From the NCBI GenBank assembly GCA_039810005.1, contig JBDHWD010000002.1:28433-92432 (forward strand): a DNA stretch of 64,000 nt, read 5' to 3'. Origin of the DNA: Thermomicrobiales bacterium (GTDB lineage: Bacteria; Chloroflexota; Chloroflexia; Thermomicrobiales; CFX8). The position numbers and the translations under genes were made by a program. The notes beneath the pieces were generated by a model. It saw only the letters and a program-made list of their open reading frames with translations, ran no database searches and was not told where the DNA came from. Positions 27,670 to 36,590 of the stretch are shown piece by piece (the stretch's first letter is position 1; every line of letters begins with the position of its first letter).

Positions 27670-29811
27670 ATGTCCACACTTCAGACCGTCTGGGGCTACG
27701 ACGAGTTCCGGCCGCTGCAGGAGGACATTGTTCGGACGATCCTCGACGGCCGCGACGCGTTCGTGCTGCTTCCGACCGGCGGCGGTAAATCCCTCTGCTA
27801 TCAGCTCCCAGCGCTTCTACTTGACGGCCTGACCATCGTCATCTCGCCACTGATTGCGCTGATGAAGGACCAGGTCGATGCGCTGACCGAACTGAACGTA
27901 CCGGCGACGTATATCAATAGCTCGCTCACCTCAACCGAGATACGCGATCGCATGCGGCAGATCACGACCGGCGAGGTCAAGCTGCTCTATGTTGCACCCG
28001 AACGCTTCTCAACTCCCGGATTCACCCAGCGTCTGCAACAACGCGGCGTGTCGCTCGTGGCGATTGATGAGGCGCATTGCGTTTCGGAGTGGGGCCACGA
28101 CTTCCGGCCGGAATATCGCGACCTGCTTCGACTGCGCGACGCCTTTCCGGAAGCGGTCTTTGCGGCATTTACCGCGACCGCGACGCGGCAGGTGCAGGAC
28201 GACATCCGGCAGCAGCTCGGGCTGGCGCGAGCCGAGCAGTTCCAGGGCAGCTTCAACCGACCAAACCTGTATTACGAAGTGCGGCCGAAGCGAAAGACCT
28301 ACGAGCAGATCCTGGCCTATATCCGCAACAAGCCTGACGCCAGCGGCATCATCTACTGCCTGTCCCGTGCTGGCGTCGAATCGACAGCCGAGCGGCTGCA
28401 ACGCGATGGCATTTCCGCCGCTGCCTACCACGGCGGCATGGATGCCGAGCAACGGCGGACGGCGCAAGAAGCATTCGTGCGTGACGATGTGCAGGTCGTC
28501 GTGGCGACGATCGCGTTTGGCATGGGGATCGACAAGCCGGACGTCCGATTCGTCATCCATCAGGATCTGCCTCGCAACCTGGAGAGCTACTATCAGGAGA
28601 GCGGCCGCGCCGGTCGCGATGGTGAGCCGAGCGACTGCATCCTGTTCTATAGCTACGGAGACGTCACCCGGCAGATGGTGTTCGTTGACGAGAAGCCAAC
28701 ACCGCGTTTGCGCGAGATCGCCCTCAGCCAACTGAAGCAGATGTCCGGCTGGGCCGAGAGCGCGTCCTGTCGACGCGCCGCGCTGCTGGAGTACTTTGAG
28801 GAGTCGTTTGACGGTCAGGACCCGCCATGCTGCGACATCTGCGGCGACCCGCCCGAAGTCGAAGACATGACCATTCCGGCACAGATGCTGATGTCCTGCG
28901 TGAAGCGCACCGGCGAGCGCTTCGGTCTTGCCTATGTGATTGATGTTCTGCGCGGTTCGCGAGATCAGCGGATACTTCGCTCCGGCCACGAGCGTCTGTC
29001 GACCTGGGGCATCGGCAAAGACCGTTCCAAGTCTGACTGGCAGTTCCTCGGGCGCGCACTCATTCGTGATGGCTATCTCTACCAGGACGCTGGAAACTAC
29101 AACATCGTCTCGATCACGCCACGCGGCGCAGAAGTCCTCTTCCGCGGCGAACGCGTCAGTTACGCGATGCCGCCGAAAGCCCAGTCCGCCGTGGCCGACG
29201 TTGTCGATGTCGCCTACCCGCAGCTCTTTGAGCGGTTGCGCCGGCTACGGAAGCAGATCGCCGATGAGCGCGGCGTTCCGCCCTACGTCGTCTTCCCGGA
29301 TTCAACGCTCCGGCACATGGCATCGCGACTTCCGACGACACCGGACGCGCTGCTACGCATCGTTGGAGTTGGCGAGCGCAAAGCTCGCGCCTACGGCCCC
29401 GCATTTCTGGGAGCCATCTCAGACTTCGTCGGCTCGACCGGCGCAACGCCGCAACAAGCGCCAGAACGGCAAGTGTCTGCTGCTCGGCGGTCGACACTGA
29501 CCGGTACCGCCAAGTCATCGTTGACGCTGTTCAATCAGGGCATGTCGATCGAGGATGTCGCATCTGAGCGCGGGCTTGCAGCCACGACAATCGAAGCCCA
29601 CCTCGTCGAAGCGATTGAAAGTGGTGCCGAGGTTGACATTGGCCACGTTGTCACTCCGGAGATGATTGCTCAGGTTGACACCGCCATCCGCAAGGTCGGC
29701 GACGAGCTGCTACGCCCGATCATGGATGAAGTTGGCGACGAGTCCGGCTACACCTGGGGCCAACTGCGCCTTATCCGCGCCTGGCTGCGGCAGCGTAGCG
29801 CTCAGGAGTAA
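27670..29811 (+). CDS. recQ: ATP-dependent DNA helicase RecQ
   Basis: FRPLQEDIV, TGGGKSLCYQLPA, DEAHCVSEWGHDFRPEY and a Zn-binding C-x-C-D-x-C region. HRDC-like and C-terminal HTH-like domains are present. ATG 27670 (MSTLQTVWGYDEF). Confidence 0.9.
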   Translation: MSTLQTVWGYDEFRPLQEDIVRTILDGRDAFVLLPTGGGKSLCYQLPALLLDGLTIVISPLIALMKDQVDALTELNVPATYINSSLTSTEIRDRMRQITTGEVKLLYVAPERFSTPGFTQRLQQRGVSLVAIDEAHCVSEWGHDFRPEYRDLLRLRDAFPEAVFAAFTATATRQVQDDIRQQLGLARAEQFQGSFNRPNLYYEVRPKRKTYEQILAYIRNKPDASGIIYCLSRAGVESTAERLQRDGISAAAYHGGMDAEQRRTAQEAFVRDDVQVVVATIAFGMGIDKPDVRFVIHQDLPRNLESYYQESGRAGRDGEPSDCILFYSYGDVTRQMVFVDEKPTPRLREIALSQLKQMSGWAESASCRRAALLEYFEESFDGQDPPCCDICGDPPEVEDMTIPAQMLMSCVKRTGERFGLAYVIDVLRGSRDQRILRSGHERLSTWGIGKDRSKSDWQFLGRALIRDGYLYQDAGNYNIVSITPRGAEVLFRGERVSYAMPPKAQSAVADVVDVAYPQLFERLRRLRKQIADERGVPPYVVFPDSTLRHMASRLPTTPDALLRIVGVGERKARAYGPAFLGAISDFVGSTGATPQQAPERQVSAARRSTLTGTAKSSLTLFNQGMSIEDVASERGLAATTIEAHLVEAIESGAEVDIGHVVTPEMIAQVDTAIRKVGDELLRPIMDEVGDESGYTWGQLRLIRAWLRQRSAQE

Positions 29812-29875
29812 TACAAGGAACGCGCACGATTGCTGGGTCGCACGCGCAAATCGCTATTGCTCTGTAATGCGGAGG

Positions 29876-29947
29876 CTCCCCGACTTGGACTCGAACCAAG
29901 AACCTTACGGTTAACAGCCGTCTGCTCTACCATTGAGCTATCGGGGA
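29876..29947 (-). tRNA. tRNA-Asn (anticodon GTT)
   Basis: 72-nt cloverleaf: TCCCCGA TA GCTC AATGGTA GAGC A GACGG CTGTTAA CCGTA AGGTT CTTGG TTCGAGT CCAAG TCGGGGA G. Confidence 0.9.
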
Positions 29948-30100
29948 ATATCGGCCCTGCTGAGCCGTGGAAATGCTAACACGCAGCCGATGTTGCTGCA
30001 ACCGGTTTCACTGATTGTGAACTCCTGTACAATGCGGGTATCGCCGTTGATCATGCCTGAGCAGGCAGGTGGGGAACGGTCGATCCCTGGAGGTAACAAC

Positions 30101-31081
30101 ATGCCGCAGTCTCGTGGCCCAAGCCACGCTGACGACCGACTGCCTGTCATCGGTGTTGAGATTGGCGGGCGCGGCCTGCGCGTCGTCCTTGCTGATGCGA
30201 GCGACGATATTCGCGATACCGAGCGCGCGATCGACTCTGCCATGACCGCGCACGCGACGGTCGATACCGCCTGCACGCTGATCGACCAGATCCTGTCACG
30301 CCGCAACCTGAGTTACGCCGACATTTCAGGCATCGGCATCGCGTTTGGTGGGCCGGTCGATGTCCGTCGCGGCATCACGCTCCGGTCGCATCGCATCGAG
30401 GGCTTCGAGCAGTTCCCCCTGGTCGGCGTTATGGAAGAGCATTTCGGCGTTCCGGTCGTGCTGGAGAACGATGCCCGCGCCGCCGCATTCGGCGAATACA
30501 CCCACGGTGCGGGACGCGGCGCGCGCGACATGGTCTACGTGCACCTGGGACGCGGCGTCGGTGGCGCAGTCATCATTCGCGGCACCCTCCTGCACGGCTC
30601 GGCGATGACCGCCGGGGAGATCGGCCACATGGTCGTCACGACCGATGGCCCGCGCTGCTCCTGCGGCAAGCCTGGCCATCTTGAAGCCTATGCTTCTGAG
30701 CCGGCGATCATCTCCCGCATGACCTCGCGGGTGAATCAGGCCGGTCCTGAGGAACGCGCGACCTGGTTGTCGAGCCCCGGCGTGACGCTCCAGCGTGTCT
30801 TCGAGCGCTATGGCGACGACGAGATTGCTCGCGACGTTATCGACGAGACGATTCAGGTCATCGGCCTTGCCGGAGCCAATCTGGTCACGGCGCTGAACCC
30901 GGATGCCTTCGTCATCGGTGGCTATGTGGCGCTCGCCGGACCGCGCCTGACGGCTGGAATCCGAGCGAAGATCCGACAGTACGCCGTTGACCCAGCCGCG
31001 CAGCGCGTCCTTGTCGCGCCGAGCCAGCTCGGGACGGATGCCGGGGTGATCGGCGCGGTCGTCCTCGCCCACCAGGACTGA
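30101..31081 (+). CDS. ROK family sugar kinase (glucokinase-like)
   Basis: IGVEIGG..., ENDARAAAFGE and GEIGHM...CSCGKPGHLEAY (ROK zinc motif). ATG 30101 lies after GGAGG. The track start at 29933 overlaps tRNA-Asn. Confidence 0.8.
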   Translation: MPQSRGPSHADDRLPVIGVEIGGRGLRVVLADASDDIRDTERAIDSAMTAHATVDTACTLIDQILSRRNLSYADISGIGIAFGGPVDVRRGITLRSHRIEGFEQFPLVGVMEEHFGVPVVLENDARAAAFGEYTHGAGRGARDMVYVHLGRGVGGAVIIRGTLLHGSAMTAGEIGHMVVTTDGPRCSCGKPGHLEAYASEPAIISRMTSRVNQAGPEERATWLSSPGVTLQRVFERYGDDEIARDVIDETIQVIGLAGANLVTALNPDAFVIGGYVALAGPRLTAGIRAKIRQYAVDPAAQRVLVAPSQLGTDAGVIGAVVLAHQD

Positions 31082-31149
31082 CGGTCGCGTTACGTCGCGC
31101 TGGTGTAGAATTACCGGCTGCAATACGCGCAAGAACTCGTGGGGGTGAC

Positions 31150-31266
31150 ATGCTGACTTTGAGCGAACCGGACCTGACCTATCTACTAACGTTGCTGCGG
31201 TCGCGCGACGAGCCATTCACGACCGAAGAGCTGATCGCCGCGCTCCGCGAGCGCGCCAACGCATAA
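31150..31266 (+). CDS. Possible 38-aa micro-ORF (below ORF-track cutoff)
   Basis: ATG 31150 lies after GGGGGTG. The translation is MLTLSEPDLTYLLTLLRSRDEPFTTEELIAALRERANA, and third codon positions are mostly G/C. It ends 60 nt upstream of the 547-aa gene. Confidence 0.3.
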   Translation: MLTLSEPDLTYLLTLLRSRDEPFTTEELIAALRERANA

Positions 31267-31326
31267 CGTACCGGCCAGCATGAGCGGGGCCGCACCATCT
31301 GACCAGCAGGAGAGGGACAACTGACA

Positions 31327-32970
31327 ATGCAGGCAGAGCAGACGCTTGAAGCACCAGCCTTCAGCGGTACAGACGAGCAGAAGGCGCTCGCCGCCGAGAT
31401 ATTCCAGGTCTTCCGAATTCAGGGGCGATTCTTCAGCGACGCTGCTCCGATCCGCCTGTCTGTGGCTCAGCTTGCCCAGTTCATGGAGCAGATGAAGCCG
31501 AACGAATCGAGCTGGTCGAGCCGCATCGACGAGGCGCTGTCCGCAAGCTCGGACGTGTTCGCTCGTGAGGCCGACGGAGACGATGTTACGTTCGTCACGA
31601 CGCGGACGGGTAGTTTGCCCCTCGGGACTCCTGGGCAGCGGCAGCAGGTGCTGACGACCCGTTTCGCCACGCCGGAGCCGAAGCGCGCGACACCCGCCCG
31701 CAAGCCTGCTGTAACGTCCGATTCGCCGCTGCTTGGTGCGGTTGAAACGGAAACTGCTGAAGCACCGGTCGCCGAGAAGGCCGAGCCGGTTGCGGCGGTC
31801 GCCAAACCTGCAGTGCAGAGTGCGCTAGAGGTAGATCCAGCGAGCGCATCCGATGATGATCTCGCGACGGCGATCCGCCACGCGCTTGACGGCGAAATCA
31901 ACGTGGCGCGCTGGGGCGAGCGATGGATCGCCGAGGATCGCGTCCACCGCTTCTCGCGTGGAGACTTCCGTCGAATTGAGGATCTCATCCGCGAGCATCC
32001 CAACGGAACGGTCACCGACGCGGAGATCGCCGATGACATCCTCGGCGTGCGCTCAAACGCCGATAACTACGCCGCGACGCTGTTTGCTATCAACTATCGA
32101 CTGTCACACGAGCAGCGCGAGTTCGAGTTCCTCGGTTCCGCAGAACACGGCATCTGGGCGCTGGCGAACCCGGCAGCTGTCGGCACTTCAAAGCGCAAGG
32201 CAAACGAGATCGGCCAGGACTATCGTGTTCTGCTCGAGCATGGTGCCGCAGCCGAGCCGGCCGAGGAAGGCCTCGTCGAGCACATTCTCAGCTTCTACGA
32301 GTACACCTATGGCGTCCTGCCGTATGACTCGAATCTGCGCTCGATCATGCCGACTCCGGGCTTCAAGGATCAGCGCGCTGCCCGAATCACGTTCGAATCG
32401 CCGCAGACCTCGGACGTAGTCCAGGCCGAGCTGCGCTTCCCGACTGGCAATCGCGGCGGGTTCATTACCGGGCTCGAGGACTTCTTCGCTGAGAATCTGA
32501 TCCCTGGCGCGGTGTTGACGATCGAAAAGACTGACAAGCCGTTGCACTACCTGCTGGAGTACTTCCAGGTTTCTGGCGAAGACCGCAAGCTGTTGCATCT
32601 GGACGAGAAGAAGAACGTGTTTGTCTACCGGCCAACAACGTTCTATTGCGCGACGCAGGACGAGTTCGTCCTCAGCGACAACCGCTACCCGCGCCTCGCC
32701 GACCACGCCCCACTGGACGAGCGCACCAAGCGCCATCCCGAGCAGGTCGTCATGGCGGCGTTCGAACGCGCCGGGGAGAACCTGGAATCAGCTGAACACC
32801 CCAAGTACTTCGCCATGTTCAGCGATTTGCTGACGGTTGCAAATATCGAGCGGCCAATGCCGGCCGACCTGCTGCGCACGATCCTGACGAGCGGCGACTA
32901 TCCGATGTTCAGCGCAGATGAAACGACCGAGGATGCATACTTCTACACACCCAGTTCCGGAACCGAATAG
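31327..32970 (+). CDS. Hypothetical protein, 547 aa, no family recognised
   Basis: Long ORF with GGAGAGGGA RBS and coding-like GC3. It has an N-terminal domain, an Ala/Pro/Glu-rich linker and a large C-terminal region (...LEYFQVSGEDRKLLHLDEKKNVFVYRP...). Confidence 0.6.
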   Translation: MQAEQTLEAPAFSGTDEQKALAAEIFQVFRIQGRFFSDAAPIRLSVAQLAQFMEQMKPNESSWSSRIDEALSASSDVFAREADGDDVTFVTTRTGSLPLGTPGQRQQVLTTRFATPEPKRATPARKPAVTSDSPLLGAVETETAEAPVAEKAEPVAAVAKPAVQSALEVDPASASDDDLATAIRHALDGEINVARWGERWIAEDRVHRFSRGDFRRIEDLIREHPNGTVTDAEIADDILGVRSNADNYAATLFAINYRLSHEQREFEFLGSAEHGIWALANPAAVGTSKRKANEIGQDYRVLLEHGAAAEPAEEGLVEHILSFYEYTYGVLPYDSNLRSIMPTPGFKDQRAARITFESPQTSDVVQAELRFPTGNRGGFITGLEDFFAENLIPGAVLTIEKTDKPLHYLLEYFQVSGEDRKLLHLDEKKNVFVYRPTTFYCATQDEFVLSDNRYPRLADHAPLDERTKRHPEQVVMAAFERAGENLESAEHPKYFAMFSDLLTVANIERPMPADLLRTILTSGDYPMFSADETTEDAYFYTPSSGTE

Positions 32971-33883
32971 CACAGACGGAACCATCGACGGCGTCGAGCA
33001 GTTACTCGACGCCGTCCTTGCTCACCCATCGGGCGAGCATCACATAGGCGCGCTTTCCGACCTCGAGCGTCCGGCGGTCGCGGTCTTCCGTGACCGATGG
33101 CTTGACCTGCCGATCGAATCGCGGTTGAGCCTGGTCCGCGCGATGGTTGATGATGCGCTCAGCAACATCGAGCATCAGTACAATCGCGCGCTGCTCGCTG
33201 CGCTGAATGACCCGACGCCCGACGTGCGCATCGCCGTTCTTGACGGCCTGTCTGAATACAACGCACCGGAGTTTCTGACGCACCTGCTCGAACACATCGA
33301 GTCAGATGCTGATGCGCGCGTGCGGGAGCTGATGGCGCTGGAGTTGGGCCGCTTGGCGTACGAGTCAGCTGGCGACGATCAGCTCGACGAGATTCGCGAT
33401 GTGCTCTTCCGCGTGTTTGAGAACGACCACGCTCTTGATGTCCGTCGCCGCGCGCTGGAATCGCTCGGGTACCTTGAGGGCGACGACGTTCAGGAGGCGA
33501 TCGAGGACGGCTACGCCGATTTCTCGATTGAGATGCGAGCGAGTGCGCTGCATGCCATGGGGCTGCAAGCGAGCCAGCGCTGGGTTGACGTCTGCCTGGA
33601 AGAGTTACGCTCCGATGAGCCGGAGCTGCGCTACGAAGCGCTGTTCGCGCTCGGCTCGATAGGTGATCTGCGCACAGTGTCGGAGGTTATCGATGCCGTC
33701 GAAGACGAAGATGCCGAAGTGACCATTGCAGCAATCCACGCGCTCGGCGAAATCGGTGGCCAGATGGCGATCAGCCGCCTGCGGCAGCTCACCCAGGTCG
33801 ACAACCCGGCCATCGCCGAGGCGGCAGACGAAGCACTCCAGGAAGCCGAGCTGATGGCGAATCCGCTTCGCCCATTGCTGTAA
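32918..33883 (+). CDS. HEAT-repeat protein (PBS-lyase HEAT-like repeats)
   Basis: Repeated D.(D/E)..VR..A..ALG helical units (DPTPDVRIAVLDGL, DADARVRELMALELG, DHALDVRRRALESLG, DEPELRYEALFALG, EDAEVTIAAIHALG). The only ATG starts (32918, 32933) overlap the upstream gene by 53 or 38 nt. Confidence 0.7.
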   Translation: MKRPRMHTSTHPVPEPNSTDGTIDGVEQLLDAVLAHPSGEHHIGALSDLERPAVAVFRDRWLDLPIESRLSLVRAMVDDALSNIEHQYNRALLAALNDPTPDVRIAVLDGLSEYNAPEFLTHLLEHIESDADARVRELMALELGRLAYESAGDDQLDEIRDVLFRVFENDHALDVRRRALESLGYLEGDDVQEAIEDGYADFSIEMRASALHAMGLQASQRWVDVCLEELRSDEPELRYEALFALGSIGDLRTVSEVIDAVEDEDAEVTIAAIHALGEIGGQMAISRLRQLTQVDNPAIAEAADEALQEAELMANPLRPLL

Positions 33884-33913
33884 CCTCTTGTCCGTCTCGG
33901 GCTTCCAGGATAC

Positions 33914-35506
33914 GTGAGCCAACCGGAGCAGGGGAGAGGCGACATTATTACGACGAACACACGGACGATCGCCGAGGTTGTAGCCGGTATTCCGAGTGCG
34001 ACCATACACGGTGATTCAGCGGCAGCAATTCAGTCGATCGAGTTCGACAGTCGTCTGGTTGAGCCTGGCGGCATGTTCGTCGCGCTTCGTGGCGGTTATA
34101 CCGATGGCCATGCATATCTCGATCAGGCACGAATGCGAGGCGCGGTGGCCGCACTGGTCGAACGCGGCGCGGTTGAGCATCTGCGCGGCGAGTGGCCAAC
34201 GATCGTCGAAGTTGCCGACACACGCGCCGCTCTCGCCATTGTTGCCGCCGAGTTCTTTGGGCATCCGTCGCAGGATCTGTGCGTCATCGGTGTGACCGGC
34301 ACTGACGGCAAGACAACGACGAGTCATCTGATTGAGGCAATGCTTCGCCACGCTGGTCGGCGGACAGGGTTGATCGGGACAGTTGAGGTGCGCATCGCTG
34401 GCGAGGTCGATCTCCACGAATCGCGCCAGACGACACCCGAGTCGCTCGTGATCCAGCGAATTCTGGCGTCGATGCGCGATCGCGAGGTTGACACGGCTAT
34501 TCTGGAGGCAACTTCGCACGGACTTGTCATGCATCGTCTCGACTCCTGCGCGTTCGATGTCGGCGTCGTCACCAACATCACCCACGAGCACCTCGATTTT
34601 CACGGCTCGGTAGAAGCCTATCGAGAAGCGAAGGCCATGTTGCTCGACAACGTCGCGCGTGACAAACAGCGCGGGCGGCGTGGCGCACTGGTGCTGAATA
34701 AGGATGACGAAGGAGCACGATCCATCGCCGCACACGGCCGGGGCTGCGAGATGCTCTGGTATTCGATGGATCCAGCGTCGGACGCAGAGTTCCGCGCTTC
34801 GCAGATCGAGTTCGGAACCAATGGGCAGCAATTCACGCTGCACAGCCCGATGGGTGAGACGCGCATTTCACTCGCGCTGCCGGGTCGGTACAACGTCGCC
34901 AATGCGCTCGCAGCCGCAACAGTCGGCCATGCGCTTGGGCTGTCGCTGAGGCAGATCGCCGAGGGCCTGGAGTCGCTGGACGCTGTGCCCGGGCGCATGC
35001 AGGCAGTCGACGAGGGCCAACCGTTCGCAGTGATCGTGGATTACGCGCATACTCCCGATGCAATCAAGTCGGTGCTGACGGTGTTGCGCGATGCAACGCC
35101 GGGCCGCCTGATGGTCCTGTTCGGGTCGGCGGGAGAACGTGATATCGACAAGCGCTCGATTCAGGGGCGTGTCGCCATCGAGTATTCGGACTTTGCCATC
35201 TTCTCCAGCGAGGATCCGCGCTTTGAGGACCCGATGGTTATTATCGACGCGATCGCGGACGGCGCGATGCAGGCGGGCGGGCGACGCGGTGTAGACTTCG
35301 AATGCATCGAAGACCGCCGCACAGCCATTGCTACGATTCTCCAAGCTGCGAAAGCCGGAGATGTGGTTGTCCTGGCCGGAAAAGGACATGAGAAGAGCAT
35401 GATCTACGGCTCCGAAAAGCGACCATGGGACGAGGCGGAGGTCGCAGCCGATATTCTTCGCAAACTCGGCTATTCACCGTCAAACCAGAGCGACCGATCG
35501 CCGTGA
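33914..35506 (+). CDS. murE: UDP-N-acetylmuramoyl-L-alanyl-D-glutamate--diamino acid ligase MurE
   Basis: GVTGTDGKTTT P-loop and Mur ligase middle and C-terminal domains. EDPR sits at the position of the DNPR motif. GTG start. Confidence 0.9.
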   Translation: MSQPEQGRGDIITTNTRTIAEVVAGIPSATIHGDSAAAIQSIEFDSRLVEPGGMFVALRGGYTDGHAYLDQARMRGAVAALVERGAVEHLRGEWPTIVEVADTRAALAIVAAEFFGHPSQDLCVIGVTGTDGKTTTSHLIEAMLRHAGRRTGLIGTVEVRIAGEVDLHESRQTTPESLVIQRILASMRDREVDTAILEATSHGLVMHRLDSCAFDVGVVTNITHEHLDFHGSVEAYREAKAMLLDNVARDKQRGRRGALVLNKDDEGARSIAAHGRGCEMLWYSMDPASDAEFRASQIEFGTNGQQFTLHSPMGETRISLALPGRYNVANALAAATVGHALGLSLRQIAEGLESLDAVPGRMQAVDEGQPFAVIVDYAHTPDAIKSVLTVLRDATPGRLMVLFGSAGERDIDKRSIQGRVAIEYSDFAIFSSEDPRFEDPMVIIDAIADGAMQAGGRRGVDFECIEDRRTAIATILQAAKAGDVVVLAGKGHEKSMIYGSEKRPWDEAEVAADILRKLGYSPSNQSDRSP

Positions 35507-36531
35507 AGCGACGCTACGCAATCTGGCTGGTCGCGCTTTCGATCTGGATGATCGCTGTCGGCTGCGGCACTATCGATCCGCAGCTCGCCTCTCCAGAATC
35601 CAACGAGCCATCACAAACCGGCGCGAGTCCCACCGGGCGCATCCTCTTCGTGTCAGACCACCACGTGAGCGTCTGGGACGGTTCAACGCGAACGCTCATC
35701 GATGATGTCGATGGCGCGTCGCCCACCTGGGCGCCAGCCGGAGACCGTTTCGCCTACGTCGAAATGCATGACGGCTTTTCGGACATCATCATCGCCAGCG
35801 CCGACGGCAAGACACTGAAGCGCATTACAACCAACGAGCCGGAGGCTCCGCTCTTCAGCCTCGAATATGCCTGTGAGGCGTATTGGGCGCTGGACCCGAC
35901 CTGGTCACCAGTCGGCGAGCAACTGATCTGGATTAGCGATCGCGGCACGGGGACGTCTGACTGCGAGTCGCGATTCTCTGACCCGATGACGTTGTGGTAC
36001 TCAGAGAACCTGGACGGCGATCAGGCGATTTTCAGCTACTTCCTGCCGGCTGCAGCGAATGTTGATGCGCCGCAGGAGAATCCGACATTTTCGAACGACG
36101 GCAAGAAGGTCGCATTCACGGCGCGAATTGGCGTTGAGTCGCCGCGCAACACCGAGATCTGGACGCTCAATCTCGACACAGCGGATGTTAACGAGCTTGT
36201 GATCGCACCAGACGGCGCATTCGATGCGGTCTGGTCACCGAACTCGAACAACATCGCCTACGTTCAGCGGACCGGCACCGCAAGCGACGTCTGGATCGCG
36301 CCGACTGACGGCGGATCTGCCTATCAACTCACGCACGTCGGCAGCGTCGTCTCTCCAGCGTGGTCGCCGGACGGACAGATGATCGCCTTCTTCCGTGAGC
36401 GCGACAGCTCATTTGAGGCGTGGTACGTCGAGGTCAACGAGGAGGGCGGTAAGCTCGTAGCCTCTGAACCGCAGAAGCTATTTGACGCCTCCAACATCGA
36501 CGCCGCGTCTGGCATGTCCTGGGGACGCTAG
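35503..36531 (+). CDS. TolB-like / WD40-like beta-propeller lipoprotein
   Basis: GTG 35503 overlaps the murE stop (GTGA). The signal peptide has a lipobox (WMIAVGC). Repeated ...P.WSPDG..IAF... blades follow. Confidence 0.7.
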   Translation: MKRRYAIWLVALSIWMIAVGCGTIDPQLASPESNEPSQTGASPTGRILFVSDHHVSVWDGSTRTLIDDVDGASPTWAPAGDRFAYVEMHDGFSDIIIASADGKTLKRITTNEPEAPLFSLEYACEAYWALDPTWSPVGEQLIWISDRGTGTSDCESRFSDPMTLWYSENLDGDQAIFSYFLPAAANVDAPQENPTFSNDGKKVAFTARIGVESPRNTEIWTLNLDTADVNELVIAPDGAFDAVWSPNSNNIAYVQRTGTASDVWIAPTDGGSAYQLTHVGSVVSPAWSPDGQMIAFFRERDSSFEAWYVEVNEEGGKLVASEPQKLFDASNIDAASGMSWGR

Positions 36532-36541
36532 TCAGATACAC

Positions 36542-36580
36542 AAAGAGGGCCGCACCGGTTGGTGCGGCCCTCTTTTTTTG
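36542..36580. terminator. Bidirectional intrinsic terminator between the TolB-like gene and aspS
   Basis: AAAGAGGGCCGCACC GGTT GGTGCGGCCCTCTTT followed by TTTT. There is an A-run on the other side. Confidence 0.7.
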
Positions 36581-36590
36581 TTTCGTAAAT

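Noticed and set aside
28009-28989. 326-aa minus-strand ORF inside recQ, with similar antisense ORFs inside pgk (18171-19103), gap (16573-17358), aspS (37800-38522), lepA (39928-40722), rpoD (45350-46207) and meaB (48949-49698)
   Set aside because: All are shadow ORFs opposite strongly supported conserved genes, with biased low-complexity translations.
29933-30100. N-terminal extension of the ROK ORF (track start 29933)
   Set aside because: The extension overlaps tRNA-Asn on the opposite strand and precedes a good TACAAT box (30039-30044) and the GGAGG-ATG at 30101. The ROK homology begins only after 30101.
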